Shown piece after piece: positions 1 through 8,615 of a stretch of 33,743 nt of DNA. Position 1 is the first letter of the stretch; each line of letters opens with the position of its first letter. The notes beneath the pieces are model-generated. The model worked only from the letters and a program-made list of their open reading frames with translations. It was not told where the DNA came from and made no database searches. The DNA comes from Alphaproteobacteria bacterium (GTDB lineage Bacteria; Pseudomonadota; Alphaproteobacteria; Micavibrionales; UBA2020): positions 1-33,743 of the forward strand of contig JADYYV010000185.1 in NCBI GenBank assembly GCA_020853455.1, written 5' to 3'. The translations under genes were made by a program, and so were the position numbers.

Positions 1-1
1 C

Positions 2-517
2 GACAGCGTCGATTACGCGGCTGTCTGGCTGCACGACAAACGCATCCTGCCGCCGGGCTTTCAGCGGCGCGAACAGGCGGTTGCGAATGCAAACCACATT
101 TCATTCCCGCGCGGCGCTTACAGCCCCGATTTTTCGGCCGAGACGGACGCGAAAAAACAATCCGTCTTCATTCATGAAATGACGCATGTGTGGCAGCACC
201 AGAACAAGGTTGTACGCACGCCTGTCGCCGCCCTCAAGGAAACGCTGAAGCATAAATTCAACTACCAGAAATGCTATTTGCACCGTCTCGACCCTGCAAA
301 AGACCTTGTGGAATACGGCTTCGAACAGCAGGCGGCGATCGTGCAGGATTATTTCCTGCTGACCCGTCACGCCACGCCGGAATCATACAAGGCGCGCCGC
401 ACGGAAACGCCCGCCGACCTGCTGCAGAAATATGAAGCGGTTTTGAAGAACTTCCTGAAAGACCCGAACTATGCAAGGCGCGGCAGCAGCCGCAAGCCGG
501 CTGCGCCGAAACCCTGA
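2..517 (+). CDS. HExxH zinc-metallopeptidase-like protein, 5'-partial (frame open from the window edge)
   Basis: Frame 2 has no stop from nt 2. The translation reads ...KKQSVFIHEMTHVWQHQ..., with HEMTH encoded at 173-187. Stop TGA is at 515-517. The listed ORF 179..517 is only the part after an internal Met. Confidence 0.55.
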   Translation, partial: DSVDYAAVWLHDKRILPPGFQRREQAVANANHISFPRGAYSPDFSAETDAKKQSVFIHEMTHVWQHQNKVVRTPVAALKETLKHKFNYQKCYLHRLDPAKDLVEYGFEQQAAIVQDYFLLTRHATPESYKARRTETPADLLQKYEAVLKNFLKDPNYARRGSSRKPAAPKP

Positions 518-520
518 TCC

Positions 521-1552
521 TTACATCTTCGGCGCAGGCGGACGTTTGGGCGCAACAGGCGTCGGCGCCTTGACCGCATGCTTTGCGGCCAGTTTCTGTT
601 CCGCGTCCGCATATTCCTGTTTGAGGCGGTCGGCGAGTTCCTTGACCGACGGCACGTCGTCGATATTCACAGCCCCCTGCCCTGCCGACCAGATGGTTTT
701 CCATGCGGCGGCTTCGTTGGCGATAGGCTTCAGCTTGCCCGATGCGCCGCCTTCTTTTTTCAGCTGCTCCACCTCGAAACCGGCCTTGGTCAGGCTGTCC
801 TTCAGGAAGTTTGCGGGAACGCCGCTGACGGCGGAGGTATAGATAATGTCGGACGGTTTCGCATCCAGCACCATTTGCTTATAGGCCGGGTCTGCGCTCG
901 ATTCCGTCGTGCAGATGAAGCGCGTGCCCATATAGGCGAAATCCGCGCCCATCGCTTCGGCGGTAAAGACGTCGCGACCGGTCGTGAGGCCGCCCGCCAG
1001 TACGATCATGCCATCGTAAATGCCGCGCAGTTCGTTCACCAGCGTCAGCGGGTTCATCGTACCCGCATGGCCGCCCGCGCCTGCCGACACGGCGATCAAA
1101 CCATCAACACCTGCCGCAATCGCCTTTTTTGCATGGTCGATATTTGTCACGTCATGCAAAACGATGCCGCCATAGGAGTGGACCGCATCGACAAGATCGG
1201 ACACCGCACCCAGCGAGGTAATGACGATCGGCACTTTGAGCTTCACGATCAGGGCGAGGTCTTCCTCCAGCCGGGGATTTGATTTGTGGACGATCAGGTT
1301 GACCGCATAGGGCGCGATTTTTGCGCCGGGATTGTTCTTTTTCAGCTCCGCAATGCCGTCATCCATTTCGGTCAGCCATTTGTCGAGGCCTTCGGCCGTT
1401 TTCTGGTTCAGCGCGGGGAACGATCCGACGATGCCTTCCTTGCAGGCGGCAAGCGCAAGCGTGGGGTTCGAAATCAGGAACATCGGCGCGGTGATCAGCG
1501 GCAGGGCCAACTGGTCTTTAAGCTTGTCGGCAGTCGTTTTCGGCGTGGTCAT
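521..1552 (-). CDS. Nitronate monooxygenase / 2-nitropropane dioxygenase-like FMN oxidoreductase
   Basis: The N-terminus LITAPMFLISNPTLALAACKEGIVGSFPALN and the later GAGGHAG motif are typical of the NMO/FabK-like TIM-barrel family. I chose ATG at 1552 (MTTPKT...) because GGAAGGA lies 7 nt upstream. The ORF is open to 1579. Confidence 0.8.
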   Translation of the reverse strand: MTTPKTTADKLKDQLALPLITAPMFLISNPTLALAACKEGIVGSFPALNQKTAEGLDKWLTEMDDGIAELKKNNPGAKIAPYAVNLIVHKSNPRLEEDLALIVKLKVPIVITSLGAVSDLVDAVHSYGGIVLHDVTNIDHAKKAIAAGVDGLIAVSAGAGGHAGTMNPLTLVNELRGIYDGMIVLAGGLTTGRDVFTAEAMGADFAYMGTRFICTTESSADPAYKQMVLDAKPSDIIYTSAVSGVPANFLKDSLTKAGFEVEQLKKEGGASGKLKPIANEAAAWKTIWSAGQGAVNIDDVPSVKELADRLKQEYADAEQKLAAKHAVKAPTPVAPKRPPAPKM

Positions 1553-1640
1553 GCGTCGATCCTTCCGGCAGTGCAGCAATTTTTAAGAACTACTGTATTT
1601 CCGCATGACGGCGGCACAATGTCAACAGGCCGGCTGAAGG

Positions 1641-2615
1641 CTATTTAGGCAGGCTGAACCGGCTGAAAAACGCCCATGCCATTTCACCGGCATCCACATC
1701 CTGGTTGCCGGGTCCGACGATCTCGGCATAACGGCTGCAGATTTTTTTATCCGGCTGGCTGGCGCAGGCTGTGGGCCCCTTGTCGCTTGCTCCCGCCCAA
1801 CGATGCCCCATGCCGGCAATCGAGCAAAACTCGACCGCCGCATCCCTGGCGCATTTGTATTTTTCGCAGGTGACCGCGCCTTTTTGCATGGTGATTTCCG
1901 TTTCAAGGGTGCAGCCGTTCAGCTTGGCCGCGTCCTGTGCCACCGTGCGCGCCGGCAGGCAAGACCTGTCTTTTTCGACGTTGAAATGCAGGAATTTGGA
2001 AACACAGCCGCCGCATTTCTCGCCGCCGTCATACAGCGCGCAGGGGTCCTTCGTGCCGTGCATATGAAGTACAGGCACGGGGCGTTCCAGCTTGCACTGC
2101 GCAACCTCGCGCTGACCGGCATTCGGCGCGATCGCGGCGATGCGGCCCGACATTTCGCAGGCAAGGCGATAACTCATCATCGCGCCGTTCGAATGCCCCG
2201 TCGCATAGACGCGCGACGCATCTATTTTATATTGTGCGATCAGCGCATCGATCACTGCGCCGATATAGCCCACATCATCGGATTCCTTTTTCAGCGCAGG
2301 GCCGCAGCAAACGCCCGCATTCCATGTGCGGATGCGATCCATCAGGGGAGAGCCATAGCCCTCCGGATAAACGGCGATAAAGCCGTGCCTGTCAGCCACG
2401 TCGTTCATGCCGGTCATGGTGCGCATGTTTTCGGCATTACCGCCGCCGCCATGCAGCACCAGTACAACCGGCAGATTTTCTTTCGGCGCATCTTGCGGCA
2501 GATGTACGATAAACGGCCTGTGCTGGCCGCCCCAGTCGAGCGCGACACTGTCATCGGCCAGCACGGGTTGCGCGGCAAAAACCAGCATAGCCAAGAGGAT
2601 AAAGCGTAAAATCAT
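1641..2615 (-). CDS. Secreted alpha/beta-hydrolase, PHB-depolymerase/LpqC-family esterase
   Basis: Signal peptide MILRFILLAMLVFAAQPVLADD. VVLVLHGGGGNAENM oxyanion-region motif. Nucleophile elbow GHSNG. Cys-rich C-terminal part. Confidence 0.75.
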   Translation of the reverse strand: MILRFILLAMLVFAAQPVLADDSVALDWGGQHRPFIVHLPQDAPKENLPVVLVLHGGGGNAENMRTMTGMNDVADRHGFIAVYPEGYGSPLMDRIRTWNAGVCCGPALKKESDDVGYIGAVIDALIAQYKIDASRVYATGHSNGAMMSYRLACEMSGRIAAIAPNAGQREVAQCKLERPVPVLHMHGTKDPCALYDGGEKCGGCVSKFLHFNVEKDRSCLPARTVAQDAAKLNGCTLETEITMQKGAVTCEKYKCARDAAVEFCSIAGMGHRWAGASDKGPTACASQPDKKICSRYAEIVGPGNQDVDAGEMAWAFFSRFSLPK

Positions 2616-2664
2616 GGCAAACTCCGTTATTGCAAGGTTATAGTCTTTTACCTATATTTCAAGC

Positions 2665-3141
2665 ATGTCCCTGCGCATCATTTTATTGTTATTTATCGCC
2701 GTTTTAGGTGTGGCATCCACGCCCTCCCTTGCCGAAAAGGCCTGCACGCAAATGTGGTGCCAGGAAGGCCTGACGCTGCAATTCGACGGCGGCACATGGC
2801 CGGCGGGCGATTACACCTTTACCGTCACGATGGACGGCGCAACCACCACCTGCAAGGGCAGCCTGCCGTTCAAATCCTGCGACGACAACGTGACCTGCGA
2901 CAGCGCAGACGTGAAAATCGGAGAATCCGGCTGCGCCATGCCCGCGAACACCCACAGCTTCTATGGCGTGCTGTCGCAAAAGACGCCGAAGCAACTGTCG
3001 GTCAGCATCACCCGCAACGACGGAAAATCCTTCAGCTATGGCAGCGAAGTGCAGAGCCAGTGCTTCTACCCGAACGGCCCCGCTTGTGATCCGCGCCAGT
3101 GCTGCTCGGCGGTCGTGAACGCGCCGCTGGTGTGGAAATAA
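2665..3141 (+). CDS. Secreted Cys-rich hypothetical protein
   Basis: ATG at 2665. Signal peptide MSLRIILLLFIAVLGVASTPSLAEKA. There are 10 Cys in the roughly 130-aa mature part. I recognise no family motif. Confidence 0.6.
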   Translation: MSLRIILLLFIAVLGVASTPSLAEKACTQMWCQEGLTLQFDGGTWPAGDYTFTVTMDGATTTCKGSLPFKSCDDNVTCDSADVKIGESGCAMPANTHSFYGVLSQKTPKQLSVSITRNDGKSFSYGSEVQSQCFYPNGPACDPRQCCSAVVNAPLVWK

Positions 3142-3142
3142 T

Positions 3143-4471
3143 TCAGGCGATCTGCTTGACCAGCTTTTCCGCCTCGTCCCAATTCACCTGTTCCGGCGCG
3201 GAAATACCCGCGCAAAGCTTTTCAAGGATTTTATCCTGAATCGCGCCGCGCCGCTGTGCCTCCGCATAAGGGATGTCGGGATGGAAAATCACCATTGAAT
3301 AACGCGGGATGAATTTTCCCGGCCAGCGTTTTTCCAGTTCGAACCCGACCTTCTTTTTCAAAAGGAAAACCGGATCGGTCACGCTGTCGCGCATTTCGGT
3401 GAAATTTTCAACCGCCATATCGGCAATCGCATCAGCATTCGGCTTGCGCAGCGCGGTGAAGCGCGTGAAGACGCTTTCCCAATCGGGGTTGGTTGAATCG
3501 ATCAGGCTGTTCAGCACCGCGCAATCCTCGAACCCGCTATTCATGCCCTGCGCGAAAAACGGCACGATCGCATGGGCCGCATCGCCGATCAGCACGGCTT
3601 TGCCGCTCAGATTCCAGGGGCCGCATTTAACGGTCACAAGCGCGCCGGTCGGGTTGCCGAAGAAATCACCGACCATGCCCGGCATATGCGGCACGGCATC
3701 GGGAAAATCGCGGGTGAAAAATTCGGTCACTTCCTGCGGAGTTTGCAGTTGCGCGAAACTGTCCTTGCCCTGATTGGGGTAGAACAGCGTGCAGGTAAAG
3801 CTGCCTTCTGTGTTCGGCAGCGCGATCATCATGTAATTCTTGCGCGGCCAGATATGCAGCGCGTGTTTTTCGATGCGGAACGCGCCGTCGGCAGCAGGGG
3901 GAATTTCCAGTTCCTTGTATCCGTATTCAAGGAAGCTTTGCGAATAATTGAAATTTTCGATGCGCGACATCAGCGATTTGCGTACCGGCGACCACGCGCC
4001 ATCGGCCGCAATCACCACTTCGGCGGGAATGTCCTTGCCGTCAAACTGCAGCAGAGATTTATCCGGATCATAGCCCGTGCAGCGCGCGCCAAAATTTATT
4101 TTCAGGTTTTTATACGTTTCCGCCGCATCCAGCAGCATCACGTTCAGCAGGCTGCGCGATGCCGCGTAAATCACTTCCGCATCCGTCTGGCCATAAGGCT
4201 GCAGGTTGGTGTTGCCCTGCGCGTCATGCACCATCCGTCCGCGCATGGGAATGGAAATGGCGGATACTTTTTCCTTCAGCCCCACTTCCTGAAGCGACCG
4301 CCAGCCGCGCGATGTGATGGCAAGGTTGATCGACCGCCCCGCGTCGACCGAATTCTTGCGCATATCGCCGCGCCGTTCATGCAATTCGACCGTGAAGCCT
4401 TTTTTTGCAAGGTAGATCGCCATCAGCGGCCCGACCAGGCCCGCGCCGACGACATGAATGGTGCGTGTCAT
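3143..4471 (-). CDS. kmo: Kynurenine 3-monooxygenase (FAD-dependent)
   Basis: N-terminal FAD fold VVGAGLVGPLMAIYLAKKG...ELHERR, plus GDAAHAIVPFFAQGMNSGFED typical of KMO. Its ATG overlaps the kynU stop (ATGA at 4468-4471). Confidence 0.85.
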   Translation of the reverse strand: MTRTIHVVGAGLVGPLMAIYLAKKGFTVELHERRGDMRKNSVDAGRSINLAITSRGWRSLQEVGLKEKVSAISIPMRGRMVHDAQGNTNLQPYGQTDAEVIYAASRSLLNVMLLDAAETYKNLKINFGARCTGYDPDKSLLQFDGKDIPAEVVIAADGAWSPVRKSLMSRIENFNYSQSFLEYGYKELEIPPAADGAFRIEKHALHIWPRKNYMMIALPNTEGSFTCTLFYPNQGKDSFAQLQTPQEVTEFFTRDFPDAVPHMPGMVGDFFGNPTGALVTVKCGPWNLSGKAVLIGDAAHAIVPFFAQGMNSGFEDCAVLNSLIDSTNPDWESVFTRFTALRKPNADAIADMAVENFTEMRDSVTDPVFLLKKKVGFELEKRWPGKFIPRYSMVIFHPDIPYAEAQRRGAIQDKILEKLCAGISAPEQVNWDEAEKLVKQIA

Positions 4472-5730
4472 GCTGCGGCTCCCCTGAAAATGTCGGCAAA
4501 GCGATAGACATCGGTGAAACTGTTATAAAGCGGCACAGGCGCGACGCGGATGCAATCCGGTTCGCGCCAGTCGCAGACGACGCCCGCCTTTTGCAGCGCG
4601 TCGAATACCTTGCGGCCATTCCCCTGCACGGTGACCGACAGCTGGCAGCCGCGCTCCGCGTCGTTTGCGGGCGTCATGATTTTCAGGCTGGCGAGTTTCA
4701 AGCTGTGCAGCAGGAATTCCAGATAGCCGGTCAGCTGCCTGCTTTTGCTGCGCAAATTTTCCATGCCCGCCGCGCGGAATATATCGAGCGAGACGCGCGC
4801 GGGCGCGAGCGCGAAAATCGGCGGGTTCGACAGCTGCCACCCCTCCGCCCCCGCCATCGGCTGGAATTGCGGGCCCATCTTGAAGCGTACGGATTTATCG
4901 TTGCCCCACCAACCCGCAAACCGCGGCAGGTCGAATGATGTCGCATGGCGTTCATGCACGAACGCGCCCGCAACCGCGCCGGGGCCTGAATTCAGGTATT
5001 TGTAGCTGCACCAGCAGGCAAAATCGACATTCCAGTCATGCAGCTTCAGCAGCACGTTGCCGGCGGCATGGGCAAGATCGAAACCCACCATGCAGCCCTG
5101 TTTATGTCCGACTTCCGTGATGCGCGCGATATCGAAAAACTGGCCGGTGTAGTAATGCACGCCGCCGATCAGGATGAGCGCGATGCTTTGCCCCTCGCGC
5201 GCGATCACTTCTTCGATATCTTCCTGCCGCAGCGTGTGTTCGCCCGCGCGCGGCTTCATTTCGATGATCGCATCGCCAGCATCGAACCCGTGAAACTTCG
5301 CCTGCGACTGCACGGCATAAATATCGGACGGAAACGGCGTATATTCGATCAGGATTTTATAGCGGGTTTTTGTCGGGCGATAAAATGACACCATCATCAG
5401 GTGCAGGTTGGCTGTCAGGCCGTTCATCATCACCACTTCCGAGGGTTTCGCGCCCACGACATAGCCCGCGTTTTCAGCGACGAATTCATGATAGGGCATC
5501 CAAGGATGCTTGCCGTGGAAATGCCCCTCGACTCCGAGGTTTTTCCAGTCGGTCAATTCCTGCATCAGCGCGGCTTCAACCGCTTTGGGCTGCAGGCCGA
5601 GCGAGTTGCCGCAGAAATAGATGCAATCCCTGCCCTCATGCTGCGGAATGTGGAACTGGGCGCGGAATATACCGAGCTTGTCCTGCGCATCCATTTCCGC
5701 CGCGAATGCAGCACCCTCGCGATATTTCAT
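4468..5730 (-). CDS. kynU: Kynureninase (PLP-dependent)
   Basis: The length (420 aa), IYFCGNSLGLQPK and the PLP-lysine block CWCSYKYLNSGPG are characteristic. There is an ATGA overlap with the upstream cyclase-family gene (5727-5730). Confidence 0.9.
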   Translation of the reverse strand: MKYREGAAFAAEMDAQDKLGIFRAQFHIPQHEGRDCIYFCGNSLGLQPKAVEAALMQELTDWKNLGVEGHFHGKHPWMPYHEFVAENAGYVVGAKPSEVVMMNGLTANLHLMMVSFYRPTKTRYKILIEYTPFPSDIYAVQSQAKFHGFDAGDAIIEMKPRAGEHTLRQEDIEEVIAREGQSIALILIGGVHYYTGQFFDIARITEVGHKQGCMVGFDLAHAAGNVLLKLHDWNVDFACWCSYKYLNSGPGAVAGAFVHERHATSFDLPRFAGWWGNDKSVRFKMGPQFQPMAGAEGWQLSNPPIFALAPARVSLDIFRAAGMENLRSKSRQLTGYLEFLLHSLKLASLKIMTPANDAERGCQLSVTVQGNGRKVFDALQKAGVVCDWREPDCIRVAPVPLYNSFTDVYRFADIFRGAAA

Positions 5731-6533
5731 TTCGACACCTTATATAATACCGGGCGGCTGGGCGCGGCATCGCCCGCGAAGGCCGATACCTGCAGGTTCA
5801 GCAGGTAACTGCCGTTCGCCACGCTGTCGGGCGCATAGATCAATTCAGTCACCGTGCGCGGCGACGGTTTATCCGTCTGTTTCGCGCCCGGTTTCAAATC
5901 CCAGAAAATGCGGTGGTTCGACAGCATGCCGTCGTCATCCGCGCGGTCGATGGACGGCATATCGACCAGCAGATGCTGCACGCCCAGCGCAATAATATGT
6001 TCCATCGCCTCGGTCGAGAAAAACGTGGCAGGCGTTTGCGCATAATCGCGCAGCGGTTTGCCCGCATCGTTCGGGAAGCTGCGCACGATCAGCGCGGCCA
6101 TGAATTCCGCCAAGTGATATTTCAGCGCTTCCTTCAGCGCGTCATGCGTGATCACCAGGTCGTTGCGGCGCAAGCCCGGCGAATAGCTGTCGCTGCATGT
6201 CGCGGCAGGCACGGGAACCACAGTGATCAGGGTTGCCGGCATCAGGCTGTCGCGCAAGACATCCTGCACGCGGATGCGCGCATCGGTCACATGGCCGACG
6301 CATTCGGTATGCGTGCCGTGCAGATGCGGGCTGAAATGGTACACTTCGCAATTGCAACTGCCGCCCAGACGCACATCGCCCACGAAATTGCCGACCTTGT
6401 AAGCATATTTACGCGCCGGACGGCTGGCGAAGGCCGACAGCTGGTTCATTTCAAAATTCACGGGGATAGAAATGTCGATGGGATTATCGAGATCCGCCGC
6501 ATATCCGCCCAGACTGACCGCCACCTTCATCAT
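5727..6533 (-). CDS. Cyclase-family protein, candidate kynurenine formamidase (divergent metal motif)
   Basis: HLHGTHTECVGH resembles the cyclase/KynB HxGTHxDxPxH motif, and a later LLVDMPSIDRADDDG block also fits. Its position between ACMSD and kynU supports the call. I chose ATG at 6533 because it forms an ATGA overlap with the ACMSD stop. The ORF is open to 6548. Confidence 0.6.
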   Translation of the reverse strand: MMKVAVSLGGYAADLDNPIDISIPVNFEMNQLSAFASRPARKYAYKVGNFVGDVRLGGSCNCEVYHFSPHLHGTHTECVGHVTDARIRVQDVLRDSLMPATLITVVPVPAATCSDSYSPGLRRNDLVITHDALKEALKYHLAEFMAALIVRSFPNDAGKPLRDYAQTPATFFSTEAMEHIIALGVQHLLVDMPSIDRADDDGMLSNHRIFWDLKPGAKQTDKPSPRTVTELIYAPDSVANGSYLLNLQVSAFAGDAAPSRPVLYKVSK

Positions 6534-7648
6534 GCCACACCCAGCCATTCTTTCGCCGTGCCGGAAAGCAGGCGTTGTTTTTGTTGATCGGTAATATCCA
6601 GATGCTCGACCGCATGGCCGGGGTAAATCCCCTTTACCTGCGGATAATTCGTTTTATGCCCCAGCGCGCTTACATGCGTTTGCGGGTCGAACGGGTCGAT
6701 TTCCCCAAGGGGATACGGATAATCCGATCCCATCGCCACGCGTTCTATGCCTAATATTTCAATCAACGCCTTCAGCATCGCCGGATTATGCACGAGAGTA
6801 TCGGCATAAACGCCGCAGTTTTTGACTGTGTCGAACGGATTAAGCTGCGAGGCATCCCTGAACAAATCGGGGCGGCAATAGGCGCCGTGTTCCAGCCGCC
6901 CGAGCAGCGCGGGAAACGCGCCGCCGCCATGCGCATACATCACGCGCAGATTAGGCAGACGTTCATGGATGCCGCCGCTGCGCATGGCATCGAACGCCAG
7001 CGCCGTTTCCATGCCCATGCCGATCAGCCACGGCCGCCAGTTGCGGTTCGCATTCATGCGCGATTTAAGTTTGGGTTCGGCGGGCGACATAAAGCCGCCC
7101 CACGGATGGATAAACACGGCGACATTCAGCGCCGCCGCCGCCTGAAACACCGGGAACAGCGCAGGATCGTCAAGGTCGCGGCCATTGACGTTTGAATTGA
7201 TTTCGAGGCCGCGCATATTGTGCGATTTCACGATACGCTCCAGCTCGCGCACGGCGCGGTCGGGAAACTGCATCGGCAGCGCGCCCAGCGCCATGAAACG
7301 CGACGGGAAACGCGCGACAGTCGCGGCATTATCGTCGTTCAGGATACGGCAGATCGCTTCCGCATCATCGGCATCGTCGACATAATCGGGGATCATCATG
7401 GGCGTCGGCGATAACACCTGCAGCGTCACGCCGTGTTTATCACATTCACCGATGCGCACCGCGCCGTCATAGGCGTTATCCTCGACCTCGCGCTGCACCG
7501 CGCCGGACGCATTCACCATTTCCGCACAGCAGGGCTTGGTCGCATGTTTGCGCACGCGGATAAAATCGGCGTAATGGGCGAATTTTTCAAGCGCCGCATA
7601 GGTGTCGGGCGAGAGTGTCGTATGGGTATGGACGTCCCATTTTTCCAT
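6530..7648 (-). CDS. 2-amino-3-carboxymuconate-6-semialdehyde decarboxylase (ACMSD), amidohydrolase_2 family
   Basis: N-terminal MEKWDVHTHT (HxH metal motif), internal FIHPWGG and a late MGSDYPYPLGE block. It sits directly downstream of nbaC with a TGATG overlap at 7646-7650. Confidence 0.8.
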   Translation of the reverse strand: MEKWDVHTHTTLSPDTYAALEKFAHYADFIRVRKHATKPCCAEMVNASGAVQREVEDNAYDGAVRIGECDKHGVTLQVLSPTPMMIPDYVDDADDAEAICRILNDDNAATVARFPSRFMALGALPMQFPDRAVRELERIVKSHNMRGLEINSNVNGRDLDDPALFPVFQAAAALNVAVFIHPWGGFMSPAEPKLKSRMNANRNWRPWLIGMGMETALAFDAMRSGGIHERLPNLRVMYAHGGGAFPALLGRLEHGAYCRPDLFRDASQLNPFDTVKNCGVYADTLVHNPAMLKALIEILGIERVAMGSDYPYPLGEIDPFDPQTHVSALGHKTNYPQVKGIYPGHAVEHLDITDQQKQRLLSGTAKEWLGVA

Positions 7649-8178
7649 CAGGCGGGCTTCTTCTGGCGGTTGGGCGGCAGAGGCATCACATGGCCGCAGG
7701 ATTTACAGGTGCGCGCGGCTTCGTTTTCCCAATAACGGTCAAACGCCTTGGGCAGATCGGTCACGATATTTTGCATCTGGAAATATTCTTCATGCAGTTT
7801 CGTATGGCATTGGTCGCAATACCACAAAAACCCGTCAAGTTCGCCCGCCGCGCGCTTGCGCTCCACGACAAGGCCGACGGTATTTTCCTTGCGCTGCGGC
7901 GAGTGATGCACATGCGGCGGCAGCAGGAACATGTCGCCTTCGCGGATGTCGATATCGCGCGGTTTGCCGTTTTCCATGATGCGCAGCACCATGTCGCCTT
8001 CCAGCTGGAAGAAAAATTCCTCGCCGGGATCGTCGTGATAATCCTTGCGGCTGTTGGGGCCTCCGACCGCCATGATGATAAAATCGCCGTCCTCGAACAC
8101 CTGTTTGTTGCCGACCGGCGGCTTCAGGCTGGCGCGGTTTTCATCAACCCATTTCTTGAAATTGAACGGTGCGCGCAT
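7648..8178 (-). CDS. nbaC: 3-hydroxyanthranilate 3,4-dioxygenase
   Basis: Cupin core DYHDDPGEEFFFQLEGDMVL...REGDMFLLPPHVHHSPQR. C-terminal CDQC...CKSC pair, the rubredoxin-like Cys4 site known in bacterial HAOs. I chose ATG at 8178 (MRAPFNF) because AAGGA lies 6 nt upstream. The 38-codon upstream extension of the listed ORF overlaps ridA and I rejected it. Confidence 0.9.
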   Translation of the reverse strand: MRAPFNFKKWVDENRASLKPPVGNKQVFEDGDFIIMAVGGPNSRKDYHDDPGEEFFFQLEGDMVLRIMENGKPRDIDIREGDMFLLPPHVHHSPQRKENTVGLVVERKRAAGELDGFLWYCDQCHTKLHEEYFQMQNIVTDLPKAFDRYWENEAARTCKSCGHVMPLPPNRQKKPA

Positions 8179-8180
8179 GG

Positions 8181-8606
8181 TTAATCCTTGATGACGGCAA
8201 TACATTTCAACTCGATCGCGATAGGCGTGGGCAAGGCCGACACCTCCAGCGTCGTGCGGCAGGGCGGATTCTTGCCGAAATATTGCGCCCATAATTTGTT
8301 ATAGGTCGGGAAATCGGCCTTCATGTTTGTCAGGTACACCGTCACATCGACCAGATCGTCCCAAGTCGCGCCGGATGTTTCGAGGATGTTTTTGACGTTT
8401 TCGAAAACGCTGTGGCACTGCGTTTCGACGTCATACGAAACGATATTCCGGTTTTCGTCCAGCGTCACGCCGGGAATATCCTTGCTGCCCTTTTTGCGCG
8501 GGCCGACACCGGAGAGGAACAGCAGGTTGCCCACACGCTTGGAATGCGGGTATGCACCAACGGGTTCGGGCGCCTTGTCTGAAATATGCGTTACGACTTG
8601 CGTCAT
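8181..8606 (-). CDS. RidA/YjgF-family protein, candidate 2-aminomuconate deaminase
   Basis: 141 aa. GAYPHSKRVGNLLFLSGVGP and the C-terminal PCRTTLEV..LP....IELKCIA are typical RidA blocks. AGGAGA lies upstream of the ATG at 8606. Confidence 0.85.
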   Translation of the reverse strand: MTQVVTHISDKAPEPVGAYPHSKRVGNLLFLSGVGPRKKGSKDIPGVTLDENRNIVSYDVETQCHSVFENVKNILETSGATWDDLVDVTVYLTNMKADFPTYNKLWAQYFGKNPPCRTTLEVSALPTPIAIELKCIAVIKD

Positions 8607-8615
8607 TTATATCTC

